Both the position numbers and the translations under genes were made by a program. Shown piece after piece: positions 10,112-21,538 of a stretch of 33,964 nt of DNA. Source of the DNA: Bigelowiella natans CCMP2755. Its lineage: Eukaryota; Protista; Cercozoa. Below the pieces are notes generated by a model. The model searched no databases and had not been told where the DNA came from. It worked only from the letters and a program-made list of their open reading frames with translations. The stretch's first letter is position 1. Each line of letters begins with the position of its first letter. The stretch lies in contig ADNK01000646.1 in the NCBI GenBank assembly GCA_000320545.1, forward strand, positions 1-33,964. Reading direction: 5' to 3'.

Positions 10112-11986
10112 ATGGTTGTGACCTCATCTAAGCCGATAGCAGAGGCAAAGAACTACAATGGTAAAGCATTTCCACTGACCTATCGTCCAAAGGAAGAGGG
10201 CATGGGAGCTTTCCAGCTTTCGGAGTGGATCGCTAACAACAAGGAGGCAGTCAAGAAGAGTGTAATAATTACACCACCATTAGAAAAGAAAATATTGCTC
10301 CTATAGATCTATCGTAGCATTGTCGAATTTCTGGCAATTTTTCCAAATACAATTTGTCAATTTTATGCTCACTATCACCGCTCATAGGTGCAAGAGCATG
10401 GAGCTGTGCTGTTCAGAGGATTTGACCTCCGGTCTCCAGAAGAGCAGGTTGGTTTCTTCTTCTTCTTCTTCTTCTTCTTCTTCTTCTTCTTCTTCTTCTT
10501 CTTCTTCTTCTTCTTCTTCTTCTTCTTCTCTGATCGGCCAATAACCGAATCGCCCAGTCGAGTATACTCCAGATTCGTCGTCGTGCTCTTATCGTGTGCT
10601 GCTGCTGCAATCTATTTTATTAGGCAACGGTGATCATGTCGCTCGGCCTCAAACCCATGCCATACGTTGGAGGGGCTGCAGTCCGCAATAAAGTAGTTTG
10701 TAGCAGTAGTGCCACCTTGCAGCTGCGGAGTACTCGTCGAGAGAGTGTATGGCGGAGAATTTGCAGTGTGGCGAGCGAGTGTGTTGCATTATTCGCATGG
10801 AAATGATCTTCATTTGTCCTTCCGAACAACCCGTCTAAGCCGTAGGCATTTGAGCGCCATTGATAAGTTAGTTCAACGAAATTATAACCACCCTACAGGT
10901 TGTTGGAGATCTCATCATGACGACCAATGAATCGCCGCCCCAGGTACGTGCAAGCTATGGCTCTTTGAAGTATCGTAATAAACATATGGTACTAGTAATT
11001 TACCAAACATTATCACCATTATCATCATTAATCCCCATCGCTAAGATGGTAACTACACTTATTATAATTTTTTTCCTCACTTTCTTCACCAGGAGCCTAT
11101 TCCCTTCCATCATGAGATGGCGCAGTGTCCTGACCCTCCCTCCCACCTGGCCTTTATGTGCAGTATTCCAGGTTGTTTGTTTATCGACACGTAAACGTAC
11201 GTACAAACATGAACATGTTTAAGTATATAAAGTAAAATTCTCATCCTGACATTGTCTGCCCACCCCACCCCCTTGTCTGCCAAAGCTCAATCCGGAGGAG
11301 CTACCCCGATCCTGCGCTCCAATGCTGTTTACGAGTCAGTATATTCATTGATGGCTACGTTTTGCCTCATGTTTTTTGTGTGTGGTGCCACATGCGATAA
11401 TCTTACTTGCATGTTCTTCGTCACTCTCTTCCTCATCAGTATCATCATCGATATTAGGTTTCTCAACAAGAAGCATCCTGCTTTCTGCGCTAAGATGGAG
11501 AAGTTGGGAGTCAGGTGAAAGCAATCGAGCGTATTGTGACCTGATTGGGGAGGGAAGATAGAGGAGGGGGGGGGCTACTGCAGAGATTCTGTATCACTAC
11601 AAAAATAAAATGATGATTGAGGAAGAGCAGCCTGACCTTGAGCTTTTCTTCTCGATTAACATCCGCTCACTTATGACAACAACAACAGCAACAACAACAA
11701 CCACCACCACCACCGTTAGATACGTGCGTGTCATGCCCGGAGAGGACGATGCTAAATCTGCAATCGGAAGGTTCACAATGGAGGAGAGTTGCATAAGTGA
11801 TAATGATGACGATGACGATGATGATGATGAGGAGGGGGATGAGGGGCCATGGATATGTCGGTGAATTTGAATCTTGAAAGATGCTAGCAATACCAACCCA
11901 CTCCTTCGCATTGATGAAAGGAGCTGGAGGAACACGTTCAATGCTAAAACAAAGGGAGAAGCAGAGGTGCTGTGGTGATGGAGCTG

Positions 11987-12025
<39 letters not shown>

Positions 12026-12754
12026 CCTCCCTCCCTCCCTATCTTTCTCTCCTCTCCCCTCCCCTCCATCCTTAAGTCTCCAACCCGCATTGTGAGTGCC
12101 TGAACATCTGTTTGTGAGCGTTCTCAAGTTATCCCTCATCCTCTCCTTCATGTCCTTTCCCCGTTCCTTCAATTCTGCCCCCCCCCCCCCTTGCTCGCCC
12201 AGGAAGCAATGAAGAAGCTCGGAACGACCTGGGAGTGGCTCGAGAACGGCTGTGTCAAGACGACCACCTCCACCGTCCCCGCCATCCGTAGATGATGATG
12301 ATGATGACTAATACTAACATCAACATCCATGCGCGACGGCTTCTCCCAATTATGTATAAACGTGTGCGTGTGTGTGCGCGGCTTGCAATGGTCGTGAAAC
12401 AATGTGAGTGCGCAAGGGGGGATGTCTCGCAAAACACCATGCACCGCGACAAAAGGTAAGGATGAGAGGACGGGGCAAAAGATCTTCTTCAACTCTGTCG
12501 TAGCTGCCTTCACAGGTAGTACCGTGGACCCCTGAATGAATGAGTAACAGCGCACTCGGGACACACTGATCGATCGGCCCTCCATCCAATCTGCCTCCTG
12601 GATTACTGGAGGGGCATCGTCGTCAGATACAAATGATGGCGATGGTGATAATGGTGGTGATGCATGATGAGGATTCTGTATGTGCTTCATCACAGGGTGG
12701 GTTGACTCACGCAACGATCCTACCAAAGCCGTCCTCCTTGGAGATGGTCAGTAA

Positions 12755-12791
<37 letters not shown>

Positions 12792-13172
12792 CGTCGTCGT
12801 AGCAGCGGCACATGTGTAGTGGAAGTGGCAGCAGTAGCTGCATTGTAAAACAACGGTTACTGAGGGGGCGGGTAAGCAGTAATAATAGTTGCGGAGGTAG
12901 TAGTAGTAGCAGTAGCAGCTTTACAGTAGTTAGTGGTGCAAACGTAATCCATTTCCTCAAAGAACGGTGTGATGATGGGCAGGGAGCGCTGTGGATGCCG
13001 ACGCGCTGAAGGACGTCGCAGCGTTCATGGAAAAGGAGAAGGTATTGTCCATCGCTGTCTGCGCCTGTGTGTCACGAAGGAAGAACAAAGAGGAGGGTAT
13101 TGTTGCGAGGGAGAATTAAAGAAGAGTTGATGATGAAAAAGATTGATGATAGCACAAAAGAATATTATAAAT

Positions 13173-13221
<49 letters not shown>

Positions 13222-13301
13222 ATACATTTATAAAGGTGTCGTTTGCTTGGGAGAAAGGCGACGTGCTGGTTGTTGATAACTGGGTAGGTGCCACTTAAAC
13301 C

Positions 13302-13338
<37 letters not shown>

Positions 13339-13393
13339 TGTCGTCCATCGAAACAACGTCCTTCATCCATCGAAACAAGACCCTACTTTGTGC

Positions 13394-13438
<45 letters not shown>

Positions 13439-13561
13439 GTAGTGCTGAAGCTGCTGCTAGGCTACTGATGTTTTGTCCTGCGGCCGTTGTATGCATGATG
13501 AGCCAGCAGCAGCAGCATGATTTCCCTGTTTGTCAGCGAGTTTGTTATGTGCTCCTACCGC

Positions 13562-13605
<44 letters not shown>

Positions 13606-13823
13606 TGACGATGCACTCCCGACAGCCGTTCGAGGGGCCACGCAAAGTGCTCGCGTCGGTGTTTCGCGGCGATGATGCGGATGCTAAGGACCGCCCCGCA
13701 TACGCCATCCTCACCTCTGGTAGCAAAAATACAAATGGCAAAAAACAGCGACAGCAGCAGATAGCACTAGCAGCAGCAACATGAGACTCTTTGGGGGATG
13801 GAAAAGCCAGCCTTCATGTGTGT

Positions 13824-13862
<39 letters not shown>

Positions 13863-14612
13863 GATATACGGCTGTAGGCGATAAGATACCACTGGTAGGA
13901 CTGGGAATGTGGAAGATTCCGAAGGAAGCGTGCCCGAAGGTCCCGTAGAGAAGTTGTGGTGAGGGGGGGGGGGGGTGAGTTGAGGGGTTACTTTCATAAG
14001 CACACTTTGTGGATCATAAATCGATGATGCAGTTATCAACGAATTGAATGAAAGATCTATTTTATAGGTGGTCGTGGACGCCATCAAGGCTGGATATCGA
14101 TGCTTTGACAACGCCTGTGACTACGGTGGGGTGACCCATTTGTCCGCCGTGCCGTCAGCATTGTTCTCCCCCTCGTCCTCCTCCTCCTCCTCTAGCTGAA
14201 TCGTTGTTTTCTGATTTTATCATCTTGTGGTCATTCTCAGGGAACGAGGTGGAGGTGGGGAAGGGCATCTCAGATGCTCTCAAGAGTGGGATCATCACCA
14301 GGGAGAAGCTATGGGTTGCTTCCTAGCCTTCTCAGCGATCGTTTTTTTGGGACGATTCTATTTGTAGTTGTAGTATCTTGCAGTAGTTCCACTACCACTA
14401 CCGCAACTGCCACTCATTGCTGCTGCTTTTAGTGCCGCCGCTGCTGCTGTTTTCTGTCTCCTTATTAAAGCTGTAACTTCGTATAGATCACTTCCAAGCT
14501 GTGGAACACGTACCATGCTAAGGAGCACGTCAAGATGGCATGCCTCAAAACGCTGAAAGATCTAAACCTCAAGTACCTATCTATCTTCTGAAGATTCCTA
14601 CCATTGTTATTG

Positions 14613-14647
<35 letters not shown>

Positions 14648-16934
14648 CGTTCACTTTTTAATTGTATTCTTCCCTCCTCGTAGCGATGAGATCTTGTTGA
14701 GGGATCATCCTGCTTGCATTTGATGATGACAATGGTTGTAATGATGATGGTGGTGGTGATGATAGCGTTGGCAGCTAACACGGGGCTGCTGACCCAGCAT
14801 CATCCGATTTACCCATTCCCCCCCCCCCCAAACCTTCTCCCTCTCTTTCATCCCCTTCGCATGGCATGGTGTTGCTGACGACGACGTAAAATGGTGTTGG
14901 CAGGTACCTTGACCTTTACCTGATCCACTTCCCCATCGCCCAGAAGTACGTTCCCATCGAGAAACGGTAAGAACACGCGTCGTCGTCCACGCCTCAATCA
15001 TCAACATAACCGTGCACAAGCTTCCTTCGCCATTGATGAGAGACGGGCATGGATGATTGTTGGAGCCAGCCTGCATTATTATTTGGAAACGTCCATAAGC
15101 GGGAAATTGCTTCAGTCGTCGTCGTCGTCGTTGTCGTTGTCGTCGTTTCGTGCGGGCATGTCATCAAGTACGAAGCCGCGAGATGCTTGCTGATGTTGCT
15201 TATGCTGATGATGTGTTAGATACCCTCCGGAATGGAGCTACGATCCTGGTAGGGCCAGTAGGAGTAGTAGTAGTAGTAGTAGCAGCAGCAGCAGCAGCAG
15301 AATGGCAGTTTTGTGTGATTTGTGCGTGTGTGCACTATGTAGATATGCACACGTAATAAAGCTGCACCACTACCATCATCATCATCATCATCATCATCTT
15401 TTAAGACGATACTGGTTGCTCTACGGTGTGTCAGAGGAGAAGAAGGAATTCACCGAGTCGATCGTGCAAGTGCCCGTTCCCATTGCTGAAACATGGGCTG
15501 CGATGGAGGTGCTGTTTAGTGTTGCCTACTGGGGTGCATGCTCGCTGTGCTCAGCCAATTCTGATATAAAGATAATTTATATATATAATTATTTACAAAT
15601 ATATGAATAGACGCCCTTTCTAGGCGTATAATTGTCATCATCTACCATCTATTGTCACCATCATCATCATCATCATCATCATCAAAGTAGGCACACACGC
15701 ACACACACACGCACACACACACGCACACACACACACACATAGGAGCTGGTGAGCGAGGGGCTAGTCCGCAACATCGGTGTGGCCAACTTCAACTGCGCTC
15801 TGCTGCGGGAGCTGATGAAGACGGCAAAGATCAAGCCCGTTGTCAATCAGGTATCATTGTAAGGCGCATGGGACAGGGGGGGGGACGATGAGGCTTGCTC
15901 GTCTATCAGTATGCTTCATATGCAACCAATCGAATATTGTAGGTGGAGCTCCATCCGTATCTGACCCAGCCTAAGCTCGTTCGTTTCTGCCGTCGAAACG
16001 TAAGAAGGCGATTCTTTGATGTTGTTTGCCGCTGCTATCACGACACTGCTGCTGCTACTTTCCCACCATCAACTATACTGCACACTGAGCAAAAGCCTGA
16101 GCTAAATCCAATCATTACGCGCGATCGCAAAATCACATACACCCAGGGAATCCATATGACGGGGTTCAGCAACCTCGGGGCACCCTCTTACGTCGAGCTT
16201 GGAATGGCGACGAAGGCCGATTTCGTGCTTGATCAGAAGGTAGGAGAGGGGGGGCATTGTGCATGTATCTGTCGATGTAGTAGTTGCAGCGGAGATCGCA
16301 CATTCAAGAAGCAGCCGCTAATCACAGCATTTGTGATCCTCTCGTTTTCTTTTTTGATCCCCTCCATCCCCCACCGCCATGCAGTGTGTTGTGGAGATCG
16401 CGAAGGCGAAGAGTAGGACCCCAGCGCAGGTCAGTACTCCGTGTTGCTGCTAAAAGTTGTTCTGTTTTCCCGAATTTTATATAAAATACTTATTCACATT
16501 GAATTGTACCAAAAATTATCTCTCCCCCTCATCAGGTGGTGCTTCGTTGGCATCTGCAGCGTGGCACATCAATCATTCCAAAGACAACGAAGGTAAATGT
16601 TGTGTCGGTGTAGGCGCTAGTAGCGAGTGTAGCAAGAGGAGGAGTAATACGAGTAGCAATTGTGGTATCGGCAAGAGGAGGGGGCTTAGTAGTGCTGATG
16701 GCTTCTTCCAACAATCGGTCATCGGAAGGGTATAGAGCTTTCTTAGAAGTCTACGGTGTCATTCTACCTAACTAACGTATGGAATGGCCGTCGTAGGAAC
16801 ACCGCTTGAAAGAAAACATTGGCTTGTTCGACTTCTCGTTGACAAAGGAGGAGATGGAGAAGGTGTCAGCCCTGAACATTCACCGCCGATTCAATGATCC
16901 AGGAGTCTTCGCAGATATTCCAATTTACGACTAA
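10112..16934 (+). CDS. Fusion protein: N-terminal clavaminate-synthase-like/TauD-family Fe(II)/2OG dioxygenase + C-terminal aldo-keto reductase (xylose reductase/M6PR-like), 28 exons, ~650 aa
   Basis: N-half: [36 protein letters not shown] (H-x-E at 11108-11116), [70 protein letters not shown]-half: [92 protein letters not shown]. All 27 introns are GT-AG and in phase; the junction lies inside one exon (13605-13719) with no stop. Confidence 0.92.
10454..10528. repeat. (TTC)25 microsatellite in intron 2 of the fusion gene
   Basis: Perfect TTC run, read directly. Confidence 0.95.
13177..13603. repeat. Cluster of intronic microsatellites (TA)n(TG)n, (GAT)n, (GA)n, (AT)n around exon 14 of the fusion gene
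   Basis: Read directly; representative of dozens of SSRs in introns from 10.4 kb to the window end. Confidence 0.9.
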
Positions 16935-17203
16935 GACTGCAGAGGAAAATCAATCAAGCAGGGCATGTAGCACACGTGATCAGTGATGTTGCCGCTATCT
17001 GAACATCATTGGTATGAATATCGTGTCACATATCGATATACACATGGGTGCATGGTGCATGCATCGGACACCTTGTTGTCCATTAGTTATTGCTCTCACA
17101 TGTGCATGCCATGCTAATACATGCGATCTTGATGGCGATTTGTTGATGCAGCCACGAGCACAATAGTCGCAATGCAATGCAAACGCAATGCAAAGCAGGC
17201 ACG

Positions 17204-17235
<32 letters not shown>

Positions 17236-18338
17236 TGCACACATGAACAACAACAACAACAGGCTATGACTAGCATGCTCAGCCTCATGCTTTCGATCTG
17301 GTTAGAGACGTGCACATGCAGCAGCACATCATCTAGCCGCATGCATGCACACCATTAGCTTGCCTCCGCCTATGGCCACATGCATGCTACATTTAGTAGC
17401 CAATGTGCATTGAATGCCACGACATCATTCCGCCAGATCACAGCATTCTAGCTATGAAAGCCATCTGACCATTCATCATAATAGACACAGCAATGTGATG
17501 TGCATTATGCATATCGCATCACATGTCCACAATAAGCATCCGCTTCTTCATGTCTATGATCATCATGGCCATTGATCCAGTGTTGGCACAAGTGAGCATG
17601 TGCGCCAGCACGCTTGCGTCGCACACCACAAAAGCTAGAATAGCCAGGCAGCATGTATAATATGTCTGGTCATGCACATAAAAACAAAAACTGAAGCCGA
17701 CGTGCACGAGGTGCGTGCGGTCTGAGAACGAGACAAATTTTGAAAGCTTCTTTGCGGAAGCATGCGTGGAAGAACACGATGCTTGCCACAGCTTGCTGCT
17801 TCGCTGGACGATTTGCCCACGTCGCCAATGGAAAACAGGAAAAGAAGAAAGTGATGATGATGAAATCGTTTGCAAGTGCTGATGAGTTTGATCACTCACT
17901 CCCTTCACTTGATTCCCACGTCTAGAAGTGGATCTGAAAAGCTGCTGAACAGGGTGAGTGAACGACTTCCAGTGGTGCAGTTGAAAGGATAATGACTATG
18001 GGATGTGCTAACCTATTGCCTCATCCACACCCTTGGCACTGCCCGCCATGAATGAATGTGTGAATGAAGCATGAAAGGATCATTGGACGTGCAACTCATC
18101 CACATCCTCCTAGCCTCCCCCCAACAAGATGCCAGCAGAATCCGGCTCGGCAAAGAAAGACCGGCATTCTCGAGAGTCCTCCGTGCCTCTCTGAGAGAAG
18201 GAGCATCCGAGAAAGTAATTCGTACTGAATCCCCCTCATTTCCAAGGGTGCGACTTGATATTTACAAATGTCTTAAGCGATAGATTTCTCTTGCGCACTC
18301 ACTCACCCCAAGCAGCGATTACACCATCCCGACTGCTC

Positions 18339-20149
18339 ATGTTCAAGGTAAGCGCGCCCCCACCCCTCCCTTTTCCGTTTTGAATCGCCTGGATTAGCGC
18401 TGATGATTCTTCTCAAACTGTTCCTTTCAGGACTCGGGAAATGGCCCTGGCAAGGGCGAGCCTAACGGCAACGGGGACAGTAAGAGAAGGTGAGTATCGC
18501 GGAGAACGATGCCATTTGGTTGTGTATCATGAGCCCCCTCTTGCTCTATTGTAGGAGAGACAGAGATCGCGACAGAGACCGTGACCGAGAACGCGACCGA
18601 GGGCGAGATCGTGACCGTGACCGCGATCGTTCATTGTCACGCTCCGACTCATCTGATGATGGAGACCGCAGGCGGAAGAGAGACAGGAAGCGGCGAAAGA
18701 AGAGGTTGGTCACTCTTTAACGGAAAATGGCGATGAATCTTCTCATTCAACCCGTACGATGAAAACTCATGCTTCATCCCCTTTCGCAGTAGTAGGCGAA
18801 GGAGAAAGCGTTCCCGCCGTAAATACAGCAGCTCGGATTCTGAATCCGAGGAAGATCCCAAGCCACGGTGCTTTGCTGTGCATGCTCAGCCCCTCGCTAT
18901 GATGATGATGATGATGAAAATGATGACGACACTGACACTCTGGATTCCGCGCTGTCTTCTTTAGGCGAAAAAGGGGAGGGATGTGGGATCAAGGTCCCGC
19001 GCCCGGAACGACTGGATTTGGTAGGATTGATTCAAGCTACTTTCTGCTGCCCCCTGTCTCAAACCCCCCACCCGCTTCTACGCTAACCACACGCATGCCT
19101 CCATCCAGGTGTCGCCCCAACTATACCGACGTTGGGACTGCCGAGCGTTCCAGGCGTGCATCCGATGATGCTAACGGTAGCTAGCGAGAAGCGTGTAGAG
19201 GGGGGGGTCGGACTGGGGGTCGGGGGAAGGAAATGTTCACATAGGATTCAGCGGAAGCCATTGGCATGGAGCAAGTTCGCCGCCTTCGATGTCCTTCCTG
19301 CTTACCTTCTCCTACTCACACTACAGGCTACCAATCAACACGCAGCACGGCAAGCACGGCGAGTGTACCTTGGAAACGTAACGCACGTGATCGTGGAGGT
19401 AAAGAGGACGGGTACATCATGCGGGGAGATAGAGAATGAGGGCAGGCTGGAGAGACACACGCATGCAGTCAACCAACTAAAAATCAATCTCACTCACTCA
19501 GGCGGAGCTCGTCAATTTCCTAAACGAAAGGATTAAAGCGGTGCCGGAGAGAACGCCGTTGAACCCAGCACTGGTGGCAAGCAAAAGACACTCACACGAT
19601 TCGTTCTGCTTGTCTGTGAGATGGCATGTTGTCGTATACGTTGCCTTTGGGTTGATGATGTTCCTGTCTGTTCGATGTATTGACGCCCTTCCTCAGGAGC
19701 CTGTCGTATCAGTAACAATGAATCGCGAGAAGGTTGCGTGGCACTCCAACTGATGAAACCCAACAATCTAGCAGCCGCCATCACGACAACGACCAAACAG
19801 CCCCTATCCCCATTCAATGCTTTCTTGCTGCTGCTGCTGCTGCTGCTGTTCGTCCTTGTTCCTTTTCCGTAGCTAGTAGCATGACTGTGCAGCTTTGCGT
19901 TGGTTTTGGTACTCACCATCTTCTCCATTATCACCATCATCGTTGCCATCGGTAGGCGTACGCATTTGTGGAGTTCCACAGCGAGCAGGATGCTGATATT
20001 GCGGTGTGCATGGATGGAATCTTGTTCAAGGTATGACGTACGCAAGAGAAAAGATTGAATGCATGCTTCTTGTCGCCGCCATAGACGAAACATTGGGGTC
20101 TTGTTCTTGACAGATGGCATCCTCCTTTCTCTCTGCGTGTTCCTTCCAT

Positions 20150-20198
<49 letters not shown>

Positions 20199-20682
20199 CC
20201 TAAACATTACTTAACATATTTACTCAACCAATTTACATATATGTACAGGGAGTTATACCTTTGAAGATCCGACGACCTAAGGTGCTGGATATCCAGCTAG
20301 CTTACTGCTAGTGATGATAATAATGATGATGATGAGGATGAACGATGATACGCCAATAGCTTCCCCCCGCCCCCCTCCCCCTTGTTCTCCTTCTGTCTGA
20401 TTTAACACATTTAATATTACTTACTGTCGGTAGGATTACCAGCCCCCCCAGGATGGAAAGCAACGAGTGTATCATGTACCAGGAATAGTCTCCACGAACG
20501 TAATATGCTGGGCGGGGGGGGAAGGGGGAAGGGTATTTGAGAAGGACGAGTAAAGTAGAGGAGGAGTGGCAGCTAGTGCAGCAATCAACTCAAACTCACA
20601 TGGGAGTTGAACCTAGAAGAAGAAGAAGCAGGGCCTCTTTTGATCGATAATAACGAAGATGAAGACGCATGTTTTCCGTGCA

Positions 20683-20718
<36 letters not shown>

Positions 20719-20873
20719 GTTGCCACTCGCCGCCTCATCTTTCTTGTTTGTTTTCTGGCTCCCTCTCCTCCTCCTCCTCCTCCATCACCACCACCATCTT
20801 GTGTGAATGACTCCTCTTCTAGGTAGAGGATGGTCCAAACAAGGTCTTCATAGGTGATGCTCACTAAAATATA

Positions 20874-20917
<44 letters not shown>

Positions 20918-20919
20918 CA

Positions 20920-20961
<42 letters not shown>

Positions 20962-21081
20962 ATCACACACATAAACACACGCGCGCAAATGAACCCAGGA
21001 AACCTACCGCAAAAGCTTGGTGACGCCGAGGTGAAGGAATTTCTATCTACATACGGCGCTCTGAAGGTGAATACGAGGGGG

Positions 21082-21115
<34 letters not shown>

Positions 21116-21481
21116 GAGTGCGAGTATACCAGGCCGCAGAGTTTTCTTTCTTCATTTACTCATCCTAGCACGGCAAGAGTTGCGCGCGCGAAATGCAGCA
21201 GCAGCGATCTCACTGCTTGAGAGGCGCTCGCACCCACGCTTTGTGTTTTATGTTTCTCAGTCCTTCCATTTGGTGAAAGATTCGAGTACAGGGCTCGCGA
21301 AAGGTGCTTGTGTGTTATGGCAGCGATGGATGAGGAAGGAAGTCAAACCTGACGATTTATGCCCTCCTCCTCCTCCCCCTTTCTTGCCTTCGTTGTTGTT
21401 TTTTGTTGTTACAGGATATGCGTTCTTTGAGTATGCTGATGAGAAGATAACGGATGAGGCGTGCAAGGGTATCAAATGCAA

Positions 21482-21538
<57 letters not shown>

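Noticed and set aside
11597-13370. Minus-strand ORFs up to 191 aa with poly-S/R/I/Y and ER repeats
   Set aside because: Translations of microsatellites antisense to the fusion gene.
13605-13880. Two separate genes (dioxygenase and AKR)
   Set aside because: No stop after the dioxygenase and no Met before the AKR's conserved LTSG-DKIP start; splice phase is continuous.
17519-18240. Possible small spliced minus-strand gene upstream of U2AF65
   Set aside because: Some GT/AG-bounded segments exist, but I found no unique frame or recognisable protein. Cannot be excluded without RNA data.
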